Source: a virus
Lineage: Duplodnaviria; Caudoviricetes
Strand: one strand, 5' to 3'
Virus record (IMG/VR): IMGVR_UViG_2832249651_000002
Coordinates: 11,383-75,382 of that record
Length of the DNA stretch: 64,000 nucleotides
Position numbers and translations under genes: made by a program. This document shows positions 20,418 to 31,467 of this stretch, in pieces. Numbering within the stretch: the stretch's first letter is position 1; each line of letters begins with the position of its first letter. Below the pieces are notes generated by a model. It had not been told where the DNA came from. It searched no databases and was given only the letters and a program-made list of their open reading frames with translations.

Positions 20418-20711
20418 ATGGATGCCATATGTACTGAATTTCAAAAGAATTATGCATCAGTAAATTTAGATTTTCAAGAGAAAGATGCTAAAGGATACGA
20501 CTATATAATGATCTTAATATATCTAGAGGAATTAAAGAAAGGTTATAAAGCCAAAAGAGTCAATAAGACAACTAAAAAAAGGACTACAGTAACTTATAGC
20601 CGAATAGGTAGTAAAGAAGAATTAGAAGGTTATATGAAGTTGTTACAAGATAAGATTCAGGAATTTAATGAGAAGTGGGATTGTGATTTGCAATTAGAGA
20701 AGGGGGAATGA
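20418..20711 (+). CDS. Hypothetical protein
   Basis: RBS AGGAGG. Confidence 0.65.
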   Translation: MDAICTEFQKNYASVNLDFQEKDAKGYDYIMILIYLEELKKGYKAKRVNKTTKKRTTVTYSRIGSKEELEGYMKLLQDKIQEFNEKWDCDLQLEKGE

Positions 20712-20714
20712 TTA

Positions 20715-21059
20715 ATGGATATTGAAAAGACAATAGATGAACTTCGATATATAAAAGAATATTTTCATGTAGATAAAGGGAGTTTAGAATTAGCAATAAA
20801 CATACTTGAAAAACAACTAAAGGATAAATGGATACCAGTAAGCGAAAGATTGCCTAATGACACTGAATGTAATGAATTTGATGATATGCATCCAAACCAT
20901 AGAAAATTTCTATGTACAATTAAGATTGCAGACTATGAGCCACAAATAAGGGTCTTATTCTTATCTGAAGTATTTGGCTGGAAATATGGGGCAGATGATT
21001 ACAACAAATATGTTATAGCATGGAAGCCATTACCTGAACTGTATAAGGAGGTAAACTAA
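20715..21059 (+). CDS. DUF551-like phage protein
   Basis: WIPVSERLP...VIAWKPLPE. Confidence 0.8.
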   Translation: MDIEKTIDELRYIKEYFHVDKGSLELAINILEKQLKDKWIPVSERLPNDTECNEFDDMHPNHRKFLCTIKIADYEPQIRVLFLSEVFGWKYGADDYNKYVIAWKPLPELYKEVN

Positions 21060-21376
21060 TGCCACCAGATAAATTAGATATAGGAAAGATATTCATCAAA
21101 GACCTAAATACAGGCGAAGAAATGGAGTTAAATGAAATAGCAGATATTAACATTACTACAGATAGAATAGAGGAAATTGAGCCAATTAGAACTCCTAGAG
21201 AGATATCTTTTTCAATGGATGTATCTCAGGTATCAATAGAAGCGATAGAACAGTTAATGCCAAAAGTGAGGATTTTAGGATTGCTTTATAGTCAAAATAA
21301 GACTCATAGAAAACATAGAATAAATAAGAAATGGGCGAAAAGATATGGATATACTTGTACGGTATATTATGCGTAA
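21059..21376 (+). CDS. Hypothetical protein
   Basis: HRK.RINKKWAKRYG motif. Confidence 0.7.
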   Translation: MPPDKLDIGKIFIKDLNTGEEMELNEIADINITTDRIEEIEPIRTPREISFSMDVSQVSIEAIEQLMPKVRILGLLYSQNKTHRKHRINKKWAKRYGYTCTVYYA

Positions 21377-21428
21377 GACGAATAATGTAATTTATGTGTG
21401 ATAGATAAAATTTGAAAGGAGAATAAGC

Positions 21429-21653
21429 ATGAAAATTAAAAATTTTAAACATGACAGTAATATCGGAACAATTGAATTCGAGGTTGAACATAACGGAGAA
21501 GTCAACAAAGTAAAATTAGAAAGTACAGGGCATGGCACAAGATATACAGACATTGATGATTTTACAGAATATTGGACAGATGGAGAATATGATCAACTAG
21601 AGGGATTCATAGAAGGTTGTTCAGGTATATTACATCAATTTTATCATAGTTAA
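21429..21653 (+). CDS. Hypothetical protein
   Basis: RBS AAGGAG. Confidence 0.65.
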   Translation: MKIKNFKHDSNIGTIEFEVEHNGEVNKVKLESTGHGTRYTDIDDFTEYWTDGEYDQLEGFIEGCSGILHQFYHS

Positions 21654-21672
21654 ATAGACACATTTCAAGTAT

Positions 21673-21706
21673 AAGGTTCGCTTAGAAGTAATAGGTGAGC
21701 CTTTTT
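21673..21706 (+). terminator. Intrinsic terminator ending the early operon
   Basis: aaggttcgctta/taggtgagcctt hairpin followed by T run. Confidence 0.7.
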
Positions 21707-21729
21707 ATATTACATATCGTGGACGAGTA

Positions 21730-21738
21730 TGGTATAAT
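21730..21738 (+). promoter_or_regulatory. Extended -10 promoter of moron
   Basis: TGgTATAAT just after the terminator and upstream of the RBS. Confidence 0.5.
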
Positions 21739-21807
21739 TTGGGTATTAGGTCAGGAGAAATATAGAAAGGGGGTAGTGATCTGAGAACTTTAATACATAA
21801 TAATTGG

Positions 21808-22515
21808 ATGATTTTAACTCCAAGCCAAAATGAAGAAAATATAACATATAGCTTATTTATTTTTACATACAAATTTTTCTGCGAAATCTTTGGACAAGAT
21901 GTAATGGCAGCAGAAAAATGTATACTTATTAATGAACCAATTTCATCATGTCCGATGCTTATAATTAATAGAAATCCGATTAGGTTATGTACTTCAGTAG
22001 AAAGTGCAAGTTACTACTGTCAATACATATATCAGTTATCTCATGAATTAACGCATTATGCTATTAGACAAGGCAAGATAGATAAAAATATCACTATCAA
22101 ATGGTTTGAAGAAACCTTATGCGAAGCTATGTCCCTATATATACTAGATTTATCTGCTCAACGATGGGATGAGTGTGGGTTATCCAATAACAATCCAAAT
22201 TATTTTAGAAGTATATTGGAATATCTTAAAAAGGAATATAATCGAGAAGGCAATAGTATGGTAAATAGCTGTAAAACATTGAATGATTTAAAATATATAG
22301 AATCCACTAGCGAATCGGAAAGAGCTAATCGCATTCTTGAGAGAAATTATCTGTACAAAACCTTTAAAGATATGCCTAAAGATATTAAGAATATAATTTA
22401 TTATACTCAATATTTGCATGGCATCATGGTTAATTTTGATAAATGGAAGGAAGAGATAGGGGACGAAAACATTATTTTCTTAAAAAAACTAGAGGGAATA
22501 CAGCCAGCAATTTAG
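21808..22515 (+). CDS. HExxH zinc metallopeptidase-like moron
   Basis: QLSHELTH..WFEETLCEA; own promoter. Confidence 0.7.
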   Translation: MILTPSQNEENITYSLFIFTYKFFCEIFGQDVMAAEKCILINEPISSCPMLIINRNPIRLCTSVESASYYCQYIYQLSHELTHYAIRQGKIDKNITIKWFEETLCEAMSLYILDLSAQRWDECGLSNNNPNYFRSILEYLKKEYNREGNSMVNSCKTLNDLKYIESTSESERANRILERNYLYKTFKDMPKDIKNIIYYTQYLHGIMVNFDKWKEEIGDENIIFLKKLEGIQPAI

Positions 22516-22588
22516 CAGTGTTAATTTAATAAAATAAAAAGGATTTTCAAAACATTTGTAGAATATATCTTTAAAGGGAGGATTTAAG

Positions 22589-23398
22589 ATGTATAAATGG
22601 ATTTCTGATATAATGGGAAATCAAATTGCAATAGATTTAGTAATAGGGTTTTTCTATTCTGCGATAATAGGATTAACTATATTAGGTTTAACTTATTTAT
22701 TAGATAAAAAAGAATCATTAAAAAATTTATCAATAGATTTAACAAAATTAGTGTTTGTGTTAAATTCAATTAATGAATCTGTGAATAGAATAAGTAGACT
22801 TGACGGTGCAAAATATCGTAAGTTCTTTGGTGATGTATTAGACCAAAAAGAAATAGAACAAGAAGAAATTAAGACTGTTAGTGAGTTCATAATATATGAC
22901 AGAATATCTTACTTACCACCATTAAATAATTATTTAGTTGAAAAATTTAATATTACTAATAAAGAGTTTAAAGGTAACGAAGAAGAATTATTGAGATTAT
23001 TACAAAGTTCAACAAAAGACAAAGAGAGCTTCTTAGTGGAAAGTAATATATTTATTATTTCCTACGAGGATATAAATAGAAGAATAAATAGGATTAATGA
23101 TAAGCTAGATTATTATAGGGAATTAACATATATAATAATTGGATTTAATTCTGATGATTTGGAAAGGGATAATATTGCAACTGGAAATATATTAAGAGTG
23201 TTTAAAATGTGTATAGATACAATAATCTCTGAATGCAAAGAACTAAAAGAACTCTTAATGCCTTTAGAGAATTTAGTAAATAATAATTTAAAAGAATTGG
23301 ATGAAAAGATAGAAAAAAATAATAAGAATCAAAAATTTGTTACTAAAGGATTTATTGTCTTAATTATTATTTGTTTAGTACTATTATTGATTGCTTAA
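22589..23398 (+). CDS. Membrane protein moron (N- and C-terminal TM helices)
   Basis: Two hydrophobic termini; very AT-rich. Confidence 0.7.
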   Translation: MYKWISDIMGNQIAIDLVIGFFYSAIIGLTILGLTYLLDKKESLKNLSIDLTKLVFVLNSINESVNRISRLDGAKYRKFFGDVLDQKEIEQEEIKTVSEFIIYDRISYLPPLNNYLVEKFNITNKEFKGNEEELLRLLQSSTKDKESFLVESNIFIISYEDINRRINRINDKLDYYRELTYIIIGFNSDDLERDNIATGNILRVFKMCIDTIISECKELKELLMPLENLVNNNLKELDEKIEKNNKNQKFVTKGFIVLIIICLVLLLIA

Positions 23399-23630
23399 GA
23401 GTACTAATAATTAGATTTAAAATTTACTAAAAATTTATTATCCCACCATAGTTACTTATAGCACCATATAAGAACTTTATACCATTTGTATATATTTTGT
23501 ATGAATATACTAAATAAAATCCAATACAAGCCAAAATAAAAGCCAGTTTTATACTGGTTTTTTCTTTACCTATACCAATGGAAATATTTGGCATAATTTA
23601 TTGATAAAATATTATTGTTAGGGTAAAATT

Positions 23631-24344
23631 ATGGCAAGGGGAGGGGATTTTATGCATTGGTTTATGTTAGTATTTTTATGGGGTATAGTTTCTTATACAT
23701 TAGCAACAGTAATTCCAGATATTTTCCATTTAAGAAATGTAGGTGATGGATTCTTTTGGACTGTAGCATTTTTTATAGGCATAATATTTACTATTTGGGG
23801 TGTACACATAGAAAGAAGAAATGCGGGAGAGAAAATAAGAGAAGAAAATCATAAGAAGGAAAAAGAAAACAGTATTAAGCAATCTCTACTAGAAACATAT
23901 GGTTTACCAATAGATTGTCCATCATTTCAATATCTAAATGGATATAGCAGTATATCCAATAAAGCATCAGTAAATATATGGGTAGGGGAGAATAGTCTAA
24001 ATTTATTAATCAATGGAGAAGATATCCAGAAGTATCAAGTTCCTATTGATAACATAAACTTTTATTCCGTCAAAGGAGATATGAAGCAAGAAATGGAAAC
24101 TAAAGGAGGGAATATGTCAGTAGGGGGGACTGTAATTGCAGAAGGAATGCTTGGTACAGCTGCAGCTATGAAGAAAAATCAAGTAGTACAAAATATTAAG
24201 ACAATTGATGAAAGAAAAACTATAATAAATGCCATCGTAGACGGAAAAAATAGTTTCATATTTTTTGATGGAGCAGATCTGTATAATTATCTTTTGGAAA
24301 ATCTTCCAGAGAAGGAGCAATCTTTTGTTGCCATGAATAAATAA
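23631..24344 (+). CDS. Membrane protein moron (2 TM plus soluble domain)
   Basis: Two N-terminal TM helices; GG..IAEGMLG.AAA segment. Confidence 0.7.
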   Translation: MARGGDFMHWFMLVFLWGIVSYTLATVIPDIFHLRNVGDGFFWTVAFFIGIIFTIWGVHIERRNAGEKIREENHKKEKENSIKQSLLETYGLPIDCPSFQYLNGYSSISNKASVNIWVGENSLNLLINGEDIQKYQVPIDNINFYSVKGDMKQEMETKGGNMSVGGTVIAEGMLGTAAAMKKNQVVQNIKTIDERKTIINAIVDGKNSFIFFDGADLYNYLLENLPEKEQSFVAMNK

Positions 24345-24367
24345 TAAAAATCTAAGGAGGAAACGTT

Positions 24368-24955
24368 GTGCTTAAAAAGAATAAACAACTGATAATAGGT
24401 TTTGTTTTAGGAGCGTTGATATTTGGTATTATTCCAGTAGGTGCAGTAGTGCAAGATTACATTCTAAAGAAATCTGAAACTAAACTTATGGTAGACGGAA
24501 AAGAATTCGCCAATAAAGAATTACCAGTGCTAATTTACAAAGGTTACAATTACATCCCAGCAGCAACATTTAGGGAAATATGTGATACAATAGGAGTAGG
24601 ATTTGAGTGGGTAGGGGAGAAAAACGAGATACAGATAAATACAAATAGATCTATGACTATAAAAGAAACGAAGGTCAAGGATATGATTGATATCGAAAAA
24701 GATGGATATAAATTATTTGTTGTTGATGGAGTAGAATATATATTACCTAGAGAAATTTTTGAAAAGCACATAGACCAAGGATACGACTTCAGATTTATAC
24801 CTGAAACAAAGGAACTTTATTTTTATCATACAAATAACCTAAGAAATGGCGATGAGGAAATTCTATTAAGAAATATTGAAACACATATTTTTCAGAATAA
24901 AAGCTATATAGAGTATAATTATTTTAAAGAAAATATATTACCTCTTATTAAGTAG
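24368..24955 (+). CDS. Secreted stalk-domain (copper amine oxidase N-terminal-like) protein
   Basis: Signal peptide GFVLGALIFG..A; VDGKE..PVLIYKG.NYIP..FREI. Confidence 0.7.
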   Translation: MLKKNKQLIIGFVLGALIFGIIPVGAVVQDYILKKSETKLMVDGKEFANKELPVLIYKGYNYIPAATFREICDTIGVGFEWVGEKNEIQINTNRSMTIKETKVKDMIDIEKDGYKLFVVDGVEYILPREIFEKHIDQGYDFRFIPETKELYFYHTNNLRNGDEEILLRNIETHIFQNKSYIEYNYFKENILPLIK

Positions 24956-24959
24956 GAAA

Positions 24960-24974
24960 GGGGCATATAGCCCC
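24960..24974. terminator. Hairpin at the convergence of moron and late transcription
   Basis: ggggc-atata-gcccc between convergent stop codons. Confidence 0.4.
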
Positions 24975-25225
24975 TAAATTTCTTTTATTCCTTCATTAGA
25001 ATTAAGTTGTATAATTAAATTATTAATTTCAGCTTCCTCTGTAACTAACTGATTATACTCACCAACTAATCTTGAATTTTGTTCTTGCAATCTATTCTTT
25101 TGCATTTGAATATCTCTTAATTTCATTTCAAGCTGAATCTTATCTAACTTAGTCTCAATTTCTTCAGTGATAATTACTAGGTCATCCTGAATAGTTATAT
25201 CTTTATTTAATACCTTTTTATTCAT
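24974..25225 (-). CDS. Coiled-coil hypothetical protein
   Basis: RBS AAGGGAG; last late gene. Confidence 0.7.
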   Translation of the reverse strand: MNKKVLNKDITIQDDLVIITEEIETKLDKIQLEMKLRDIQMQKNRLQEQNSRLVGEYNQLVTEEAEINNLIIQLNSNEGIKEI

Positions 25226-25252
25226 AAAATCACTCCCTTAAATAATAAAACA

Positions 25253-27216
25253 TTATAATCCGATTACTCTAGCATTGGAAAAATCCCAAGTACCTTGAGG
25301 TACAAAACTTCTTGTAGCACCAGATACTCTAAGGAATACCCCTATAAGACTTCCTAAATCAACATAGTCAAATCCATTGTAGATATAAAACACTGTATTT
25401 CTATCATGGTATATAGAAAAATCTCCATATCTATCAAATGTAGCTTCAGACCTATTGTCTCCATATATAGAAGTAACCCCTCTTAAATCAATCCTATCAG
25501 CATCTATAGTTATCTGTTCTCTTGACATATTAATTGCAGAAATTACCTCATCATCGCCAACCTTCAAAGTAATCTCATCTGCCATTTGCCTTATCTCGGA
25601 CTTGATACCATATCTACCATTAACATCGTCATCTACCCTCTCAACAGTAGATTGAATCCTATCAGCTCTCACATCAAGCCTAGCAGCTTCACTCGTAACC
25701 CTGTTATCAACACTAGTCACCCTAGCGGCCTGCAAAGAAATTTGTTCAGCGTTTTGTTGTATTAAAGTACCTTGATTAACTATAACATTGCCCAGCCTAT
25801 TAGTCTCATTTGCATAGGACAGAAATGTAGGATTTTTAATCAAGTCAAGACCCTTCACGAAATCATTATCAACCTTTCCTATAGTGATACTACCAGCCTT
25901 AATCCTATCAGCAGATAAATAGCCAGTAGTTATATTACTAGCATTTAGATTAATAACATTTATTAGATTTGCATCAATGGTTCCAGCTGTTATTTTATCA
26001 GCAGTTAAATTCTTTATCTTAGCATCAGTTACAGTCATATCCTCCAAATAATTACCACTCATTTGCCCATTTCCATTGAACTTTCCATCAATAAATCCAG
26101 TAGTATTAAAAGAAGCTTTCAATTGCTCAATTAATCTTTCTTCTGGGTCGCCAATATCTAATTCACATTGCCAAGGTTGAAACAAATTATATTTATGCCT
26201 AATAATTCTTGGCCGTGGACTATCAGGTGCAATATCAGGATCTATAATATCTACCATATCACCTAGAGAATAATCTTCATGTTCATATTCAGGAAGAACA
26301 CGAACATCAACTAACTTTACTTTATATAAATATCTAGGCCTACAGATTAATTCTAATTCAGCTATAGCTTTTTCTTTTAACTCTGATTGACTATAGATAT
26401 CTTGGTTCTTATAAATTCCTACATATTCCCTAGAAGTATAGCTATTGTTAGTAATATATTTCTTACCACCATTTACTGCAGCTATATCTAAATCATCATG
26501 GCCGAAAGCATATAATTTAGTTACAATTTTATTGGATTGAGTTCTAGTGATATGTTTTAAGTTTTTTCTATACCTAACTTGGAATCCATTATAAGGTTGC
26601 CATTTTCCAGCATCCCTTAAGTGAATAATCTTATTGATACTATCGAATACAAGATAGCCACCCCAAATGTCTTGAATCATCTTAATAAGTTCAAGTCTAC
26701 TAACTTTTTCAGCTTCAAGGTCACGAATACCAGTTACATCAACAGTACCCATAGTCCAGTCAGAGCCTTGAAGAATAGCATATAGAGCATGGGCAGCGGT
26801 ACCAGTAGAATATCTATTGCCACTTAAATTAGAACCACCACCAACAATGATAACAGCAAGGTCGGCAGGAGGTCGGGCAGTAGGGTCATTGGATATAGAA
26901 GGCTCTACATAACTAGTATCTAGTTCATACCATTTCTCAACTGCCATAACCTTAGTCCATAGTACATTTTTATCATCTCTAATAGTATCTATAGCTTCAT
27001 CTTTGCGAAGAATATAGACTCTACCACCAGCCCATATTTCACATTCAGGAGTGAGTTCACTTATTTTTTCAGAAGTAGCAGGGAGCATAAGCTCTAGGAT
27101 AGATTCTCCATTAAGTCGAGCATCTGCCAACACTCTTTTAAGCCATCAGCAGAAGGGGAGAGGTAGGCAGTAGTTTTACCATTAACTTTTATTTGTATAT
27201 TTTTAGGTATTTGCAT
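25253..27216 (-). CDS. Tail endopeptidase/Tal-like baseplate hub protein (1-bp frameshift at about 27130)
   Basis: True start MQIPKNI at 27216; RYRKNLKHITR..TKLYAFG; ADKITAGTIDA and ISAINMS.EQITIDA.RIDL repeats. Confidence 0.8.
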
Positions 27217-27229
27217 AAAATCACCTTCT

Positions 27230-28293
27230 TTAAATCCATTTATCATGCCATTTTACAATTACATTACTATTAGATACTACGTTAGTACTTCCAGGATATA
27301 GTAGGGGAAAGACACCGTTATAGTTAGCCATAGTATTATTAGAACCGATCTTTGCAGTTTCTTTTTCAGTATCGATAATAAGTTTTTGTCCGCTAGGAAT
27401 AGTTCCAGTATAGGTTAATGTTTCTCCACCTATAGTAAGGGAAGGATTCGTAACAGGTCCAGAAATTTCAACTATTAATCCAGTTTCAAAAGTACCTTCA
27501 TTTACAAGATTACCACTACCAGTTAAAGTTTTTTCGAATGAGCCAATGATAAATGGGTCACTCATTTTAAATGGTAATACAAATTGGAACCAACTAGCAT
27601 AATTAGTAATATCAATCTTACCAGAATACTTAACCATATAAGTTTTTTCCACATCATCACTAAATATCAAAGTTTTATATCCTTTAGTAGGATTAAGATA
27701 TTTAGCAAATAGCCTTTGTAAATGAGCCTTTTCAAGGGGAGAATTACCTTCATCAGTAGCAACGTGTAATTCCATCATCTTAGACTTAAATTCAGTACCA
27801 AAGTCAAATTCACCATGCCTACCAGGTATTTCGTCTGTGTAATCTCTAGTAGCAGGAAGGAGTTCATATCGCTATCGCCAGTAACTAAAACACCTAGTGG
27901 ATGTAAGATATTATTTGAGTCGATAACGAAGAATGCACCAGCAACACTAACGTCAGAGTCAGTGATAAATCCAGCATCCGAAATATTCAAGTTTGCAGTT
28001 AATGATAAAGAATCATTTGCAACTGCGGAGTCTGATATGTTTACATCTAAAATTATAGAAATATTGTCATCTGATGATATGGATTTGTCTAAAACTTCTA
28101 CACTAGCAATTAAGGCTATGCTTTCATCGGCAATAGCATTATCTGAAATAGGAATATTGGCGAATATATCTTTAATACTATCAAGTCCATACCCACTGTC
28201 TAGTATGATAATAGCAAAAGGCCCTGAATTATAATTTGCTCCGCCATCTGGTAATTTCTTGTTGTATACTTTTCCTGAGTTATAACTTGTCAT
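27230..28293 (-). CDS. Distal tail (Dit-like) protein with N-terminal repeat extension (1-bp frameshift at about 27870)
   Basis: Joined frame reads LGVLVTGDS|RYELLPATRDYTDEIPGRHGEFDFG..NEGTFET..FPLLYPG. Confidence 0.75.
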
Positions 28294-28342
28294 TTTATCA
28301 CCTCATTAGAAAAGAAGGGCAATAAAAAAAGCCTTCTAGGCA

Positions 28343-28489
28343 TTAATTTTGTCCTACTAAATATTCAGCTACTGCAATTTGATATTCCTGTGGCACTAAA
28401 GGTTTATTTTCTCCTTCAACTTCCTCTAAATTCCACATTTTAGCTTTGACTAATATTCCATAACTAACTATTAAATATCTCTTTAACAT
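28343..28489 (-). CDS. Small tail-fibre-associated protein (CD1375/XkdX-like; not in ORF track)
   Basis: MLKRYLIVSYGILVKA..VPQEYQIAVAEYL; RBS GGAGG. Confidence 0.65.
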   Translation of the reverse strand: MLKRYLIVSYGILVKAKMWNLEEVEGENKPLVPQEYQIAVAEYLVGQN

Positions 28490-28526
28490 TATACATTACC
28501 TCCTTCTAATTCCGATAATCTCATTT

Positions 28527-28850
28527 CTAAATCAATAATGCTTCAGCCATTGCAACTTTTTCATCGTCAACATATTCATCTATAATTTCAGGCTCTGGTA
28601 TGATCTTATCTTCAATTTTATATTTTTTAATTACCTTATCTTCCAAAATCTCGTAACCATCATCTAAAATATATTGATTTTCCACATCATGCTCTGGAAT
28701 TACATCTTCCAATGGTAGCCATCCTTCAGCTAGTAGAATTTCAATATCTTGTAGATGATAGCCACTTACAGAACTACCATCTTTTAATTCACCAGTAGTA
28801 GGTAACCCATACTGAACTATTTCACCATCAATTACTTGTGCCATTCTCAT
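28527..28850 (-). CDS. Tail fibre assembly/chaperone-like protein (C-terminus frameshifted)
   Basis: L.AEGWLPL..P motif; shifted frame continues IIDLEMRLSELEGG. Confidence 0.65.
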   Translation of the reverse strand: MRMAQVIDGEIVQYGLPTTGELKDGSSVSGYHLQDIEILLAEGWLPLEDVIPEHDVENQYILDDGYEILEDKVIKKYKIEDKIIPEPEIIDEYVDDEKVAMAEALLI

Positions 28851-28872
28851 ATTTACATCATCCTTTCTTTAT

Positions 28873-30075
28873 TTATTCATACCACTTACCATAGAACTTA
28901 ATTGAGCCACTTAAATTGTCCGTAAAAATCATTAAGGGTCTTTCAAATTCTAACGTATTGTCAATTAAAGTTGATGGCATACCTGAATTATAATTAGTTA
29001 CTGCTATGAACTTTTTTTCACTAACATCCCATAGACTTATCTGGCTAAAACTCCCTTGACCTCCTTTATAATCTATAGCAATAAACACTCTATTATTTTT
29101 ATCAACTGTTATACTTGGATATCCCCTATTCCAGCTATTTCCAGAGGTTATCTTAACAGAATTAATCCATGTAACCCCATCGTCGATTGAGTATATATAT
29201 CTCGTATTTAATGCCACTGTATCTACATTATCTGTTCCATGCCAAGATACATGAATTATTCCATCGTTATCCTTGCAAACGGATGGTTCTGTTTGAGGGT
29301 ATGGGTCAGTAAATGAAGTAGGATAGATTATAGATAATTTCCATGAACTGTTAATTACCCCCGCATGTGTACTAGGAAGGTTTGGATTTTTACCAATTGC
29401 TCTAATTTGGTAATAACTTGATTGTTTATATGCTACAATTATCAGTGGATAGTCATTACTATCTAATACTATACTTGGGGATTCAAAAGAATAGCCATTA
29501 CTAGTAGCAATAGTAACTTGTGTTGGAGTGTCCCATATACCCTTTCCATCACTACCTATAACACCCTTACAATATCTGATATTAGTAGTATTAGGATATA
29601 ATGAGTTTTTATCAGACCAACAAACATGAATTTCAGTACCTTCCTTGTTTATTGTTGCTGATATATTACCTAATGAAGTAGAAGTTACACTTATGTTATC
29701 TCTCCTAATAAACGCAAAGTCTCTACTTCTATGAGTGACTACTTGAATTGTACTACTACCTACCCCCAAAATAATAAAAATATAATCTTTATTATTTACG
29801 ATTGCCCAATCATTAGGTATTCCACTCGTATTAATATTTGTAGGAGAAGTAAAAGTTTCACCCTTATCTAAACTCCTATAAATATACAAAGTAGTTGATG
29901 CATTTCTAGCACTTGCTATTAATGTTCCATCTGACAATCTTACTGACTTTCTACCTCCATTCCCCTTAGTTGTATAAGCTTGATTTACTACTGTAGTTGG
30001 GGTAGTTCTATCAATTAATTCACAAACCATTCCACCCTTTTTTTCAACACCTAATCTGACTCTATCAGCTAACAC
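28873..30075 (-). CDS. BNR/Asp-box beta-propeller protein, putative receptor-binding or depolymerase
   Basis: Asp boxes SLDKGETF and SIDDGVTW; PSI repeats. Confidence 0.7.
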   Translation of the reverse strand: MLADRVRLGVEKKGGMVCELIDRTTPTTVVNQAYTTKGNGGRKSVRLSDGTLIASARNASTTLYIYRSLDKGETFTSPTNINTSGIPNDWAIVNNKDYIFIILGVGSSTIQVVTHRSRDFAFIRRDNISVTSTSLGNISATINKEGTEIHVCWSDKNSLYPNTTNIRYCKGVIGSDGKGIWDTPTQVTIATSNGYSFESPSIVLDSNDYPLIIVAYKQSSYYQIRAIGKNPNLPSTHAGVINSSWKLSIIYPTSFTDPYPQTEPSVCKDNDGIIHVSWHGTDNVDTVALNTRYIYSIDDGVTWINSVKITSGNSWNRGYPSITVDKNNRVFIAIDYKGGQGSFSQISLWDVSEKKFIAVTNYNSGMPSTLIDNTLEFERPLMIFTDNLSGSIKFYGKWYE

Positions 30076-30883
30076 TCACACCACCTCCAAACATTGCTAT
30101 CCACCTATTAGCAACTTTTGAAGAAGATATAAAAGTAATTATATACTCTGTGTTGGCTTTTGTTAAGTCTGGTATCCCATTTACCCAAACAACATTAGAT
30201 GGAAATGCTATTGACTTAGGAGTACTTTCTTGAATGATTGTTAACGTGAAAGAATCTACATAACTAATATCCTGATTACTCGGTATCATATATTCTGTGT
30301 TGCCAGTGATAGTATGAATAAACATATTGCCTTGCAGTATATTTATTATAGGGGAAATACCATCTAATACAATTGCATTTTCTCTGTATGCTTTTAAAGA
30401 TGGGTTTGTTACTAAATTATATCCATGATTAACTTCTCCAGTAAAATTCCCACCTAGTGATGATATTTGTTCTGTCCAAGATGTCCAGTTGTTATTATAC
30501 CTATGTCTAGTGAACAAGACATTATCTGAATAACCCCAAGCTATCTGTTTTATATTATCATTATCTCCACCACCACGATTATATTTTAAATTTACAATAT
30601 AATAATAGCTTCCGTTAGTTGGAGCGTTGTTTTCAGAAGTGCCTAATGCTATTCCCAAGTAACCCTCACCAGTTAACATATTAAAGTCAACGGAACCTAG
30701 ATTACCCTTAGAGAATAAGTTATTTATTTTCCCATTCAATACTTTACCTTGAGTGGCATCTAATGCTTTTCCTATCTCAGTTTCATCAAGATTATTAACT
30801 ATCATTGAATTATCCAATTTATTGTCAAGTTCATCTTTTAGTGTTTGTGACAATTCCTGTCGTGTGATTAATCCATCACTCAT
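30065..30883 (-). CDS. Tail fibre protein (pyocin-knob-like plus C-terminal beta domain)
   Basis: NNL..ALDA.QGKVLN, NAPT, QIA..R....WTSW, FPSNVVW. Confidence 0.7.
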   Translation of the reverse strand: MSDGLITRQELSQTLKDELDNKLDNSMIVNNLDETEIGKALDATQGKVLNGKINNLFSKGNLGSVDFNMLTGEGYLGIALGTSENNAPTNGSYYYIVNLKYNRGGGDNDNIKQIAWGYSDNVLFTRHRYNNNWTSWTEQISSLGGNFTGEVNHGYNLVTNPSLKAYRENAIVLDGISPIINILQGNMFIHTITGNTEYMIPSNQDISYVDSFTLTIIQESTPKSIAFPSNVVWVNGIPDLTKANTEYIITFISSSKVANRWIAMFGGGVSVS

Positions 30884-30958
30884 AAAATCACCTTCTCTCA
30901 TTATTTATGCAACTTTGCTAGAAAGGCATAAAAAATACACCTTTCTAGGTGTTATTAG

Positions 30959-31096
30959 TTAAAAATCTAATTCAGTAATTTCTTTATATTGTGCTTCTGT
31001 TATTTCTCCAAAAGGATTACTTTCTGTTTTTACCGCCAATCTTAATTGCTCTGCTGATACCCATTTCATATTAAATGCTAATTTCCAAAATGCCAT
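30959..31096 (-). CDS. XkdX-family protein (not in ORF track)
   Basis: MAFWKLAF..WVSAEQLRLAV..GEITEAQYKEITE. Confidence 0.75.
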   Translation of the reverse strand: MAFWKLAFNMKWVSAEQLRLAVKTESNPFGEITEAQYKEITELDF

Positions 31097-31097
31097 T

Positions 31098-31454
31098 CTA
31101 GATTCCTCCTTGTAATAGTTGTAATTTTATGCTTGTAAGTTCTTGACCTAAAGTGTCTATGATGTTGTCTTTAGATATATTAGACAATTTTAGCATTGTA
31201 ATTTCTTGTCCTAATATTTCTATTTCGCTTGGCTCTTTTTCAGGTTGTTTGTTTAACTCGTCAATTTCTTCTTGACTCATATCTTCAATCCATTCTATAT
31301 CTGTCCATTTTGCACGATATAAGCCATTTGGAGGGGTTACAGTTATTATATCCTTTTCTAATTCCTCAAGAGGATTACCTTCCTTATCAAATTCAACTAC
31401 ATGTTTTTCTATTATATAGCCATTTTCATCTATTTTAAATACTTCTTTTATCAT
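31098..31454 (-). CDS. Tail fibre chaperone (XkdW/YomQ-like)
   Basis: IDENGY..PPNGLY.AKW...EWIE..SEIE.LGQE. Confidence 0.7.
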   Translation of the reverse strand: MIKEVFKIDENGYIIEKHVVEFDKEGNPLEELEKDIITVTPPNGLYRAKWTDIEWIEDMSQEEIDELNKQPEKEPSEIEILGQEITMLKLSNISKDNIIDTLGQELTSIKLQLLQGGI

Positions 31455-31467
31455 ATATTCTCCTCCT

